A DNA stretch of 64,000 nt from assembly GCA_977017575.1 (NCBI GenBank), contig CDRNVI010000002.1, positions 744,001 to 808,000 on the forward strand, in the 5' to 3' direction. The position numbers and the translations under genes were made by a program. The DNA is from Paramoeba atlantica (Eukaryota; Protista; Discosea). This document shows positions 1 through 10,298 of the stretch, piece after piece. How positions within the stretch are numbered: position 1 is the stretch's first letter; each line of letters opens with the position of its first letter. The notes under the pieces are model-generated. The model was not told the origin of the DNA, made no database searches, and saw nothing but the letters and a program-made list of their open reading frames with translations.

Positions 1-1
1 G

Positions 2-400
2 TATCGCCTGGGACTGGAGCTTCTCCAGGGACGTTATGAGCGCTTTTGTCGTTTGCCACGTGATGTAGCGGATGCCTGCGCGGAGAGCTTAATTTCACAA
101 TATGACGCTTTTCCTACGCCAGAGTTCCTGTTGGGCTGTGCAGCCTCTGAAGGCATCGTGGAGGATTCTCCGGAACGTCTCAAGGGGGTTAAACGAAGGA
201 AAGTGAAAGCAAAAAGCGTCAAAAGAAATGGGTACAATGAACAAACAAGTTCCTATGACGCTGCATCAGCATTCGCCTTTTTGTCCCCACTTGATTTTAA
301 GTTACCCGATGAGAGGTTAGCTCGGTACGATAAAAAGTGGAGCAATTTTTGTCGAACTCGCAGGCAACTTCCCGTAGGCAAGGACCTAATGAAGTTGTGA
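2..400 (+). CDS. 3' part of an unidentified protein, truncated by the window start
   Basis: Frame is open from position 2 (YRLGLELLQGRYERF...) to TGA at 398-400 and is collinear with the other + strand genes; no recognisable domain. Confidence 0.55.
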   Translation, partial: YRLGLELLQGRYERFCRLPRDVADACAESLISQYDAFPTPEFLLGCAASEGIVEDSPERLKGVKRRKVKAKSVKRNGYNEQTSSYDAASAFAFLSPLDFKLPDERLARYDKKWSNFCRTRRQLPVGKDLMKL

Positions 401-618
401 AGTGTCCATTGCACGCACAATTAATATTTTTACCCTTTGCCTGACCCTCTCACCTACAACACCCTCTCCATCACACTGCAGCTGTACCCTGAAATGCAGT
501 GTATCATCCGAGGTCTTAATTTTTTGCTAAAAACCTTCCCCACACACCGAAAAATGACATCGTGCGTTTCGCTCTTAAAACCCTGGAATAGATTTTAACA
601 TCTGTGGTACACACGAAA

Positions 619-1461
619 ATGTTAGCTTTAACCACCGATTTCTCCAGGACTTTACTTCACACATCCCTTTTCTCAACTTCCCCACCTAAAAGCCCTCTTT
701 TTACCCCTTTCCCCTTTTTCCCCACCATGCCACCTCCCCACCACCCCCACCCCACCCTCTCCCCTTTTCTTCTCCTCCTCCTCCTCCTCCCCCTCCCCCC
801 CCTCCCCTCCTCCGACCCCTCCGACGACACCCCGTCCCTCTCCCTCTACCACGACCCCTACTCCAGCCCCCACACCTCCTTTGGGGCCTACACCCCCGAC
901 CCCTTGCCCTCCCCCTTCCACGACCCCCTCGACACCCACCTACGCGAGAGCAACACCTCCTCCTCCCCCTACCCCCCCTCCTCCTCCCCCTACCCCCCAT
1001 CGTACTCGTACTCGTCTTCCTCCCGTTCCTCCCCCCCTCGCTTCCGTGCGGAGGACCCCACGGAGGAGCGTGACAGCGCCCACGAGTGGAACCTCGACGC
1101 GTGCTGCGCCTCCCTCCCGCGCCCCGTGCGCTGGCTGCTGTGCCCGCTCGTGCTGTTCTACTGCTGGGCGCGCTGGGACCGGGTCTGGTACAGCTGGTGG
1201 AACTCCCCCGGGACGTACGGCACCCGGCCCGGGGGGGAGATCTACGACGGGCCGCGGCCCGATACGTGGGGCCCCGGGGCGGAGGTCCCGGATAGGACGG
1301 GGAGTGGGGCGGGGAGGGGAGGGGGGGAGAAAGGGGGTGGGGGAGAGGGGGGGGAAGGGGGGGGGGTGTATAGGGTGAGGGGAGGGCGTGGGGAGGGGGA
1401 GGGGGGGAGGTACGGTACACCGCCGTCGTTTGCGAGATGGCCGATGCCGGAGATGGGGTGA
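619..1461 (+). CDS. Low-complexity predicted membrane protein (hydrophobic N-terminal stretch, Pro/Ser-rich region, Cys/Trp-rich TM-like segment, Gly-rich tail)
   Basis: ORF 604..1461, first ATG at 619; LLLLLLL stretch and WLLCPLVLFYCWARW segment; composition is driven by a C-to-G skew island. Confidence 0.5.
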   Translation: MLALTTDFSRTLLHTSLFSTSPPKSPLFTPFPFFPTMPPPHHPHPTLSPFLLLLLLLPLPPLPSSDPSDDTPSLSLYHDPYSSPHTSFGAYTPDPLPSPFHDPLDTHLRESNTSSSPYPPSSSPYPPSYSYSSSSRSSPPRFRAEDPTEERDSAHEWNLDACCASLPRPVRWLLCPLVLFYCWARWDRVWYSWWNSPGTYGTRPGGEIYDGPRPDTWGPGAEVPDRTGSGAGRGGGEKGGGGEGGEGGGVYRVRGGRGEGEGGRYGTPPSFARWPMPEMG

Positions 1462-1472
1462 TGGGGAAGGGA

Positions 1473-1497
1473 TGTGTGTGTGTGTGTGTGTGTGTGT
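1473..1497 (+). repeat. (GT)n microsatellite
   Basis: About 12 GT units read directly. Confidence 0.9.
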
Positions 1498-1711
1498 CGA
1501 GTTTAGGGTCAAGTTAGGGTTGATTGAAAAAGGAGAGGATAGGTGAAGGGGTATTGGGAAAGAGGTTTGCAGGGAACCGGTTGAAAAATTTTGATTTCTT
1601 AGAAATTTTAAGAATTCGTTTTTTTCTTTGCTACACAGAGAAAAAGGGTATGTCGGAAAGATGTCGAGCACTTCAGAGTTATGGATGTAAAAAAAGTAAG
1701 ATGGAAAAGTA

Positions 1712-3487
1712 ATGCCGAAGCTGCACAACATAAATGTGGGGATACTGGGTCACGTTGACAGTGGAAAGACCACTCTGGCGAAGGCTTTAAGCACTGTGAG
1801 TAGCACCGCATGCTTTGACAAGCATCCCCAAAGTAAGGAGCGAGGTATAACTATCGACTTGGGATTTAGTTCTTTTTCCTTACCGCTTACGTGCTCGTCA
1901 GGTGATACAACGGACGGTGATCGCATTCAATTTACCTTAGTAGATTGCCCAGGACACTCCAGCTTGATTCGCACGGTTGTCGGAGGTGCGAACATAATTG
2001 ATTTTGCTCTCCTAATAATTGACATCACGAAGGGATTGCAAGCTCAGAGTGCCGAGTGCATTCTTATCGCTGAAATACTCGAAATACCGCTTCTCGTGAT
2101 TTTAAACAAGACTGATTTGTTGCCGTCTGGCCCCGAAGGCGCGACGCGAATCAATCTTCTTCGGAAACGGTTGAAAAAGAAGTTCGAGTCCACGCGGTGG
2201 CCTAATGTAGAAATGGTACCAGTAGCGGCTCGTGTGAACAATGAGAACATCTACCAGGTCGTAGAATTGAAAAAAAAGATGTATGAAATAGCGCATGCGA
2301 TTCTGCTCGATAAAGGCAAGGCTTTTACGCCTGGTGGGGAAGAAGCTTATCTTTCTACTAATTTGAGTGAGTTGGGAAATGACTTTTGTTTTTATATGTA
2401 TGTGGATCACTGTTTCGCTTTGCAAGGGAAAGGGGTTATCCTCACAGGTACCGTGGTCAAGGGAAGACTTGCTGTCGGTGATACAATTGATATACCCGCC
2501 TTGGGGTACCAACGAAAAATTCGCTCGATGCAAGTTTTTCATCAGACTGTATCATTTGTGCACTCAGGAGACCGCGTTGCTATTTGTGTGTCAAACGTAC
2601 CACCCGAAAAAATTGAGCGCGCCCTTGTGTGTGCACCGAACTCAACAAGCATATACTCAGCGGAGCGATTTATTGCCCGCGTTCGTCGGATACGATATTA
2701 TAAAGCCGCACTTCACTCAAAACAAATGATGTTATTATGTGTAGGGCACTCCACATGTTTGGCACGAGTACACTTCTTTTACTCTCAGGAAAAATGTTTT
2801 TCGCTGCAGAACAAGTATTGTTATCTTAGCCAACTTCCCGAAGATTCGTCAGTTAAGTTTGTCTCTTCAAAAGGTAGCGACAATGCTAGCGAGTGTACTT
2901 CTTACAGACCTCTCCGAAACGAAGAGGATCGGTATTGCTACTATGCCTTGATAGAGCTTGAGCATTCTCTAATCATGCCGCACAACGCTACAATTATAGG
3001 CATGGACCAGCAAGATGTGTTTGAAGGCGTCGGAAAGTGTCGCATTGCTTTGGAAGGAAAAGTGGTCTTTTCTCTTACACAAGAGCGTCAAAAATTACTA
3101 AAAATAATGCGTTGGAAGTCATATGCGTTGACAATCGACCGTATAATCGATGAAAAGTCATGTGTCATACAAAATCCTGGACGCCGATTGATACATGCAC
3201 AGCACTCATGTACGTACTTTCAACCGCCAGACTACCATCCTGATCCAAACTATCGGCTTATGGAACAATTGATATCCAAGAACATGCTAAATAACACTCA
3301 AAAAATAACGGAGTCCTGTGATTTACCTTTTTGTGGCACCCTGGGTGCAACTTTTGGAACCAAAGGAAAGATTAAGATCCAGTTTGCACATCCCGTCTTT
3401 GGAAAACGCGGCGCAAAGCATGAATATCGGCACTACCAGATAATTTTACACAAGCAGGTTTGTGTTACTCCTGGGCATGCTAGCTAA
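1712..3487 (+). CDS. EEFSEC: Selenocysteine-specific translation elongation factor (eukaryotic SelB)
   Basis: NINVGILGHVDSGKTTLAKALST, FDKHPQSKERGITIDLGFSSF, LVDCPGH and NKTD G-domain motifs of eEFSec type. Confidence 0.93.
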   Translation: MPKLHNINVGILGHVDSGKTTLAKALSTVSSTACFDKHPQSKERGITIDLGFSSFSLPLTCSSGDTTDGDRIQFTLVDCPGHSSLIRTVVGGANIIDFALLIIDITKGLQAQSAECILIAEILEIPLLVILNKTDLLPSGPEGATRINLLRKRLKKKFESTRWPNVEMVPVAARVNNENIYQVVELKKKMYEIAHAILLDKGKAFTPGGEEAYLSTNLSELGNDFCFYMYVDHCFALQGKGVILTGTVVKGRLAVGDTIDIPALGYQRKIRSMQVFHQTVSFVHSGDRVAICVSNVPPEKIERALVCAPNSTSIYSAERFIARVRRIRYYKAALHSKQMMLLCVGHSTCLARVHFFYSQEKCFSLQNKYCYLSQLPEDSSVKFVSSKGSDNASECTSYRPLRNEEDRYCYYALIELEHSLIMPHNATIIGMDQQDVFEGVGKCRIALEGKVVFSLTQERQKLLKIMRWKSYALTIDRIIDEKSCVIQNPGRRLIHAQHSCTYFQPPDYHPDPNYRLMEQLISKNMLNNTQKITESCDLPFCGTLGATFGTKGKIKIQFAHPVFGKRGAKHEYRHYQIILHKQVCVTPGHAS

Positions 3488-3726
3488 CATTTTTCGATAT
3501 AAAATTTTGACATTGCACATTATTTAAATTTGTATATGTCGAATCATTGCTTAAGCAATGTCTAAAAGTCAGAATGGATTGCATCATTTGATTATATTTC
3601 GCAAATACCATAGTCAGGATTTTTTTGTAACGTAAACAGTACTTCGTTTGAACACATTTGTTTGAACTCTCAGATTATTTGCTTGCGATTTTAAAACGTA
3701 ACGTGTAGCTTCATCTAGCACTCACA

Positions 3727-4254
3727 ATGAAAAAACTTATGTTCTGCATCATTTTTTTAGTCCGGCCGCTATTGGAATGTAGGGAACCAGTCAAGGAAAC
3801 AAATTCCAAAATGTGGACTCCAGAGTATTGTAAAAAACTTGGGTACCATTCAGCTCTCTTGAATTGTGCGACTTGTAACGTAGTGTTTGGCTCAGCAGAA
3901 TTCAAAACAATATATGATGAGTGCATGGAATGTTGCTACGATGATCGGGCGCCACTCCAAGCGTTACCCAACGTGTACACTAGGGTAAAATTTTATCTCC
4001 CTCAAAGAACATATGAATTCGTTCCCACATACAGATCTCTCATCGACGAAAGGCTCCGTCCGAAATACAAAAATCAGATTGACATAATTTTTGAAGAGAC
4101 CCCTCCGCGATTTTTACTATACAAAGAAAATGATTCTGTTGGAGACGCGTTTGATGCGTCGGAATGGTCTGTAGATACAATTTTTGATTTCTTAGCTGAT
4201 CAGTTGGAGGTCTCGACCATGTTAAACGGTGAAAATTCCAATGATGAATTGTAG
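3727..4254 (+). CDS. Sep15/SelenoF-like ER protein lacking the CxU/CxC redox motif
   Basis: Signal peptide; C..LGY...LLNCATC...ECMECC Cys-rich domain; thioredoxin-like C-terminus (EWSVDTIFDFL); NDEL retention-like end. Confidence 0.75.
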   Translation: MKKLMFCIIFLVRPLLECREPVKETNSKMWTPEYCKKLGYHSALLNCATCNVVFGSAEFKTIYDECMECCYDDRAPLQALPNVYTRVKFYLPQRTYEFVPTYRSLIDERLRPKYKNQIDIIFEETPPRFLLYKENDSVGDAFDASEWSVDTIFDFLADQLEVSTMLNGENSNDEL

Positions 4255-4530
4255 ATCAGGAAAATTCTCCCATTAGAATCTTTAAATATTGGTCCATGCT
4301 CTGGGGCTCCTTTTAGCGCATGAACTACGAAACGTAGGATTCAAAAAGCGAAATCCGTCATCATTTCTCCTGGCCAATTCACTGGCCGCGCGAATCTGTT
4401 ACCAAATGGTTTGCAATGTTCGGTTGATACTAACGACTACCAACCACGACAAGTTATTGGGGTAACGGGGCCGACTCATGTGCAACTTGGGTCGACTCTG
4501 TTGAGAGCGCATTGAAATCATTCAAATGAT

Positions 4531-6088
4531 CATGGGTGGGCACCTTCAGAGTGGGGGGATCTAAAATTCGTAAAACTTGTTCAATTTTGGAAAGTAATAG
4601 CGCATTCGAGAGCTCTCAAATAGTCTGGTGTAATCGTAAAAAGCACTCTGCGAAAGTTAACGGGAATCAAAGAAAGCTAGAATGGTCCCAAACACGAATT
4701 GCAACTTTATTTTTTAAGCGAAAAAGTCCTTTTTTTCCAAAAAAAATCTCAGTACCCACAATTTCCCCCTTTTTTCTCAATAACGATTTGAAAGCGCTTG
4801 GAGACACTCTTTATGGTCTTCACGCAAGTACTTTTGAGATCGGTTTGAAGTGCCTCGTATGCACTCTCGATAGAAGAGAGGAGATCTGCGCGATTGCGTG
4901 GTCGCATGCGATCCTTGTGCTGATCCATGATATTCCACAAGTTTTCGATGGGGTTGAGATCCGGTGACTTTGCGGGCCAGGGGAGCGTTCGCACGTTTTG
5001 TTGCTGAAAAGTACGCCTTGCCAAGTTGTGCGCAGGGCAATTGTCCATAGCAACAACTGCACGGTGCCTGTGTAGGTAGTTCAAAAGACCATTACGCTTG
5101 GTCATGGCAGCTTCGAAAACAGCCCCGTTCACAGTAACTCTATTTCCCTGCTCATCTCTATTAGGAAAAATGTGCAGATGAAATCCATGCTTTATGCTTA
5201 CCCCCATCCACACCATTATACCATCGCCCCCTACCCACGCTTCCAGCTCACCTAGCTGCTCTTTTACAGGGTCGGACCGTCGGCAAAGGTAGGTGTTTTT
5301 GGTAGATTTCTTGCAGGTAAACTTTTTCTCATCACACCAAATAATATTATCAAGCTGGTGTTCGCTCCAGCCCGACATGTCCTTACAGAATCGGACTCTA
5401 ACGTCTTTATGCTGTTGGGTTAGTCGTGGTTTACGCTGAACTACGCAGAGGATAATATCGGGCTTCAAAGCTCGAGCCAAAGTGCGTCTGGAACACTGAA
5501 ACCCTCTGGATAGAAGTTCGCGATGTAGAGCGCACCATGATTCCACACCATAAGGAAGATCCCGTGTACCCTCATCTACTATGCGGAGTGCTTCTCCGAT
5601 AAACAGTGATGTCCTAACTGTAAAATTCAGACGTCTGGGAATGCTTTCGACATCACCAGTTTCGCTGTAACGAATGACCCATCGCTTCACAGTGCTCTCC
5701 GCTACTTCAAAGTGGCGTGCTGTAGCATTGTAGGACCCAGAACGAAAGTAATGGTCTACGAGAAGCATGCAATGCGACGGCCTTACCTTCCCAGGTGGTG
5801 AATAAGCATCTCTCTGGAAGGGAAACCGTGATGTTCGCGATCGTACACGTTTCTGAGGCATTAACGGCGCAAAAAAACTAAAAAAAGCCAAAAAAACTGA
5901 AAAATTGCATCTTCGGGGAAAAATAAATTCCTTGTTTTTCTGTCATTTATCTCGAATGTCTAAAAACGGGAAACGGATGTTGCCATTACACCAGACTATT
6001 TGAGAGCTCTCGAATGCGCTATTACTTTCCGAAATTGGTCAAGTTTTACGAATTTTAGACCCCCCCACTCTGAAGGCGCCCACCCCTG
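4531..6088 (-). mobile_element. Tc1/mariner-family DNA transposon with 104-bp TIRs
   Basis: 4531-4634 is the reverse complement of 5985-6088 with 6 mismatches; right end CAGGGG.. is followed by TA (6089-6090), left flank reads AT; encloses a transposase ORF. Confidence 0.92.
4749..5861 (-). CDS. Tc1-type transposase, intact ORF, DD32E
   Basis: Two HTH-like segments (AESTVKRWV, SRRTLARAL); IIWCDEKKF, VAMDNCPAH and WPAKSPDLNPIENLW motifs; first ATG at 5861. Confidence 0.93.
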   Translation of the reverse strand: MPQKRVRSRTSRFPFQRDAYSPPGKVRPSHCMLLVDHYFRSGSYNATARHFEVAESTVKRWVIRYSETGDVESIPRRLNFTVRTSLFIGEALRIVDEGTRDLPYGVESWCALHRELLSRGFQCSRRTLARALKPDIILCVVQRKPRLTQQHKDVRVRFCKDMSGWSEHQLDNIIWCDEKKFTCKKSTKNTYLCRRSDPVKEQLGELEAWVGGDGIMVWMGVSIKHGFHLHIFPNRDEQGNRVTVNGAVFEAAMTKRNGLLNYLHRHRAVVAMDNCPAHNLARRTFQQQNVRTLPWPAKSPDLNPIENLWNIMDQHKDRMRPRNRADLLSSIESAYEALQTDLKSTCVKTIKSVSKRFQIVIEKKGGNCGY

Positions 6089-6553
6089 TATGTATTTGAG
6101 TGGTGAAAAAAGAAGTAAGTTAGCTTAAATCATTATATTTTTGTAATTGTTTACGCTTTTCCAGAACAAAATTACGTAGCACATTATCAGCGCGTCCAAT
6201 GCATTATCGTTGTTCTAGAGTTTCTCAACCCTGCTCCAAGAAGGCCTCGTTGATACTCGTCGGGTAGAGATGCCTCTCTACCTGAAAAGTGTCCCTCTGT
6301 TACTCTCTCAAGTTTCAAGACTTAGAGTCTAAGTCTTAGACAAGTACACAGAGTACAAAAATTGAACACTTCAAATTGGCATAATTGAACACCTCATAGT
6401 TTTACCTCATAGTTTTATTCTCGATTCTGTGATCGAGTTTATCTTCTTACATTTCAGTTTTTTACCCCTTTTCACAACTGGGAGTTTTCTTTTGCTTTAC
6501 ACACAACTTTTGCTACTGTGGAATTATCACTTTACAATAACAAAGGTATTGCG

Positions 6554-7210
6554 ATGTTTGCGAAAATCTTGCGATTGTCTTTTGCGACGTCAACTAGTCC
6601 AGTTTATACATCAGACACTCAGGCCCCTACCCGCTTAGCGAAGGTAAGAGGCACATTTTTACCGCAAGAATACCATTTAGTGCGGCTTATAGAAGGCATC
6701 GAGAACCAACATTCCTCATGGAATACTGGCACACCTGCATGCAAATGGCATGGAATACAATGCAATGAAGAAGGCGAAGTAATTTCTATTTCCTGGCTCT
6801 ATTGCAATCTTTGCGGAGAGCTAAGTTGGAAGTATTTACCACCCACGTTATTCATTTCATCACTTTATGACAATAAACTGTGCGGAAATGTGCCTTTCTC
6901 CTCGTTGCCGAAAAAGTTGGATCTAATTAATCTTAGCCAAAATCGCTTTTCTGGTGAGCCAAATCTTCGGGATTTGCCCCCTTTACTAACTTATTTGGAC
7001 ATTGGATATAATCACTTCGAAGGGCACGTTGATCTTGATTCACTCCCTGTATTACTCACTGATTTATATCTTGCATCAAACCAAGGGTTGGAAGGCATCT
7101 TAGATCTGGAAGGGAGAGTTAGCCATTTTTGTTACAGTGTTCTAGAAACTCACATCACAACTAGCAACGGAAAGTTGTGTGTCTACTCTGATGATGAGGC
7201 ATCAGAGTAG
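6554..7210 (+). CDS. Leucine-rich repeat protein (LRR family member 1)
   Basis: KVRGTFLPQEYHL..SSWNTGTPACKWHGIQC cap followed by LxxLxLxxNxFxG repeats; first ATG at 6554. Confidence 0.88.
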   Translation: MFAKILRLSFATSTSPVYTSDTQAPTRLAKVRGTFLPQEYHLVRLIEGIENQHSSWNTGTPACKWHGIQCNEEGEVISISWLYCNLCGELSWKYLPPTLFISSLYDNKLCGNVPFSSLPKKLDLINLSQNRFSGEPNLRDLPPLLTYLDIGYNHFEGHVDLDSLPVLLTDLYLASNQGLEGILDLEGRVSHFCYSVLETHITTSNGKLCVYSDDEASE

Positions 7211-7866
7211 GTATTTTTTGCATTTGCGTGCATTTTTAGGTCCGTATACAGTATCTCAAGAAACTGATCACACTTTCTCGCGTTGAACATTGTTTTAAGA
7301 AAATTTTTATAAAACAGAAGCCTTTACTTAATATTATGGTGTGGTAATATAGTCCGCTAGACCATGTGGGTAGCCATTAGCTTTCCAGTCTGATTGCTTA
7401 CTCTCTGAACAAATGGGAATACTATTTGTGCTCTGTTTCTATGTGATCTGTTTTTTCTCCCTCTGTGATCAGTTTTGTCAATTTTGGTTTATATTACGAA
7501 ATAAAAATACTTACTTCATTCGATACATGCTTACATCAACACTTTATGTAACCGTCCTTCGCCTTGATTACCGTTTGTATACGTCGCGACATGCTTTCCA
7601 GAAGACATAACAGTATGAAGAGGATGTGATCTCCCACATTTTCTTAGAACTCTACACAACCTCTCCTATATTCGCCGGTGGCGGCTCAACTTCACCTAGC
7701 TTTGCCTTTAATTGACCCCAAAGATTCTCAATGGGATTTATATCCGGTGACTGCGGCGGCCATTCAACCAGAACTTGAACTCCCACGCTGGCAATCTTGC
7801 TTGGGTATTTCATATTAAATAAAAGAATCTTGACATTTCACGAAGAATATGTAGTACTGTAGAATA

Positions 7867-7935
7867 TTGCGGTGGTTGTAAAACTACCGCTCTACCTTCG
7901 ATTATTGAAAAAAAAGTGAACAAAAACAGTGAAAA
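7867..7935. repeat. Dispersed repeat A, copy 1 (direct copy at 11996-12076)
   Basis: ttgcggtggttgtaaaactaccgctctacc..attattgaaa..aaaaagtgaacaaaaa recurs at about 11996-12076 with substitutions and a short insertion. Confidence 0.75.
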
Positions 7936-7964
7936 TATAAAGAGGAACACAGTAATACAATTTA

Positions 7965-8059
7965 GGCTCTTCGTTAAACGCGGTGGTTATTTTCAACTTA
8001 GAAGTCACTCATGCTGCGCCCTTCGCGTTGAAAACTACCACCGCGTTTAACGAAGAGCC
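7965..8059. mobile_element. 95-bp fold-back/MITE-like hairpin, copy 1
   Basis: 33-bp arms (ggctcttcgttaaacgcggtggt.. / ..accaccgcgtttaacgaagagcc) around a 29-nt loop; preceded by TA. Confidence 0.85.
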
Positions 8060-8460
8060 AAAAAAAGGAAAATTTCCGAAAGATCATGAATAATCTACTT
8101 TTTGGGTTAAAAGGCTTGATTTTTCGGCAAAAATTGCAAAATTTTACACCAATTTTGGGCGTCGTAGAGTGGTAGGTGACGTCGTAGAATGGTAGGTGAG
8201 GTCCCAAACTCTCCAAATACGGTTTAGGAGTCGATTTTGGAAAAATAATATTTTTACTTTATTTTGGGTCAACAAAAACTTTTTTTTTGGTCATCCCAAA
8301 AATTTCGGAATTTTTGACCTTGTAGGACCTCGCCCGCGCGTACCAGGGGGGGGTACCTCCAGGTGGGGAGGTGGAAAGTCATCGCTGCGGCCTACTCTTC
8401 CACTTCCTTGCGCTCGATTTCAAAAATCAAGATTTTGAACTTTTCAAAAAACATCGTATG

Positions 8461-8536
8461 CCCCCCCTCCATGGACCCCCCCATGGACCCCCCCCATGGA
8501 CCACCCCCCCATGGACCCCCCCCCCATGGACCCCCC
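8461..8536 (+). repeat. Tandem repeat (CCATGGA + C-run) x5
   Basis: ccatgga at 8469, 8481, 8494, 8509 and 8524, separated by variable C-runs. Confidence 0.9.
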
Positions 8537-8610
8537 ATTTTTCTCAATTTTTTTTTCAGTTTTGGACCACCGGAGCCCCCTTTTATATTTTTTTCTTCTA
8601 TTATATTACT

Positions 8611-8678
8611 GTGCCCCCCCACTTATAGTGCCGCGGTTTTCGACCAAACGGCACTATAAGTGGGGGGGGGGGGGGTAG
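8611..8678. mobile_element. TA-flanked mini-hairpin (transposon end or MITE)
   Basis: ta|ctgtgcccccccacttatagtgccg..cggcactataagtggggggg..tag|ta; loop ggttttcgaccaaa. Confidence 0.7.
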
Positions 8679-9641
8679 TATGTTTCAGGTCGAGGGTCAA
8701 AATTTTTCCCCCTAAAAAAAAAAGCGTGCCGCTTCGCGGCGCAATTCTTTCTATCATGTGTTTTTGAGTGCCTAAGCGCTGTAAATGGAGTTTCTACTCC
8801 ACTGCTGTGTATGGGTAATCGGGTGATGAGGTGTTAGTGGGAAAGAGAGCGGACGATAATGCGCAAGACAAGATGTCTGGTTGGGTAATGTGTGGCAGAG
8901 CACGGTGAAAGAATTCCATGAAGTACTCGACTCAATTCTGGAGATTCCAGAGAAAAAATTACAAACTGTGAGCCCAAACCGATACTTGCATTCAAAATAG
9001 CATTCAGTGCTTTTCTACATAAATTAATCAACGAAAAATATTTGAAATGCCTTATTATATTAAGGCCTTATCATAACCACATTATCAATGTAAATTATGC
9101 GATTGTGGAATCCATCGCCAAACACAAAAAGAGAATCCATTTACGACTGTCAAACGAATAATTTCAAAGATTACATACATACAACACTTTATGTATACAT
9201 ACATACAACACTTTATGTATGTGTCTGGGTCTTGTGATATAGGTGGGGTGCCCTCCCCATTTATCCTATATCAAACTTGTTTTTTTTTTCTTTTTTTTTC
9301 TTTTTTTTTTTGCAAATAATTGGGGGGAGTAGTATTGAGTCTAATGTTTTTATCTACTTTTCCAACTTTCCTACTCTCCACACTTACAATCCTTCACCCA
9401 AAAAGCTTTCACCCTACTTCCTTCCTTCCCCCACTTCCTGCCCCTCACCACACTTCCTTCCTTTCCCCCACTTACGCCCTACCCCACTCGACTCGTCCGC
9501 GCGGGGGCCCATGCGGTCCCCGGTTTTTCTTTTTTTATTAACGACCGCCCACTTTAGAGTCGCTTCTTGGGTCCTTTTTTTTCTGCTGAACGGTCGTACC
9601 CTCGAGCCGAACAGTTGGGGCTTTGATATAACATATCAATC

Positions 9642-10298
9642 CTATGGATACCAAGATTCCTTTGCAGTTTTCCGACTAATGACTGGAGTATCACTGGAGA
9701 AGAGGTTCATATATAAATTATTGACGACGTGCAATGCACAGTCATTGTCACCAGGAGCTTGTTGCACGCAATCAAGATATGTGACCTGTAGTCCATGATA
9801 TCGTTCGTGCGATAATTTTAAGGTTTCCGCAAAGCGATTTAAGTTGTCCATTGCTGCACGAGGAGCGTGTTGTTTTAAACTGTCAAAAACTAGAAGGGTG
9901 TTGGAAGAGACCCGAACAAGTACGAAGTGAACTTCGTAATACAAGCATGCATACAACTCCGTCACAGGATCGAGTTCAGGGACAGTCCCAAACCCAAGAA
10001 GTGCCTGTGTTTGCCACACATTCCACAGTGCGACCTTTACACCCGTTTGTGTCGAATTGTATTTCTCGACTACTCGGTTGCATAAAATATCGAGAAGTCC
10101 ACATGGGATAAGAGAGCCCCGGCGGCGGATAGCATTCCATCGATCCCCTTTGTAGGAGTTGTCCAAGGATCCCCTTTGTTCAGTTGATGGCAGAGCATCT
10201 ACATCAATCTTATTTAATTTTGTTGATTGATCAGATAATTTTGTTGATTGATCATTTTTTTCGAAAAGTTTCTTACGTGAAGCCAACGCAGAGGCCAT
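9642..10298 (-). CDS. Ulp1-like (C48 SUMO/ubiquitin-like) cysteine peptidase, transposon cargo
   Basis: His (EVHFVLV), Asp (VFDSL) and oxyanion Gln plus Cys (QQAPGDNDCALHV) appear in C48 order and spacing. Confidence 0.75.
   Translation of the reverse strand: MASALASRKKLFEKNDQSTKLSDQSTKLNKIDVDALPSTEQRGSLDNSYKGDRWNAIRRRGSLIPCGLLDILCNRVVEKYNSTQTGVKVALWNVWQTQALLGFGTVPELDPVTELYACLYYEVHFVLVRVSSNTLLVFDSLKQHAPRAAMDNLNRFAETLKLSHERYHGLQVTYLDCVQQAPGDNDCALHVVNNLYMNLFSSDTPVISRKTAKESWYP

Noticed and set aside
1503-1519. Two TTAGGG hexamers as an interstitial telomere
   Set aside because: Only two non-adjacent copies in G/T-rich DNA; expected by chance
4320-4340. SECIS-like ATGA-ctacg-AAA-cgtag-GA hairpin after the Sep15-like gene
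   Set aside because: The stem is only 5 bp against about 11-12 bp in SECIS helix II, and the gene has no in-frame TGA
4370-4515. LRR-like remnant (QFTGRANLLPNGL) left of the Tc1 element
   Set aside because: A single weak motif in a short frame; insufficient
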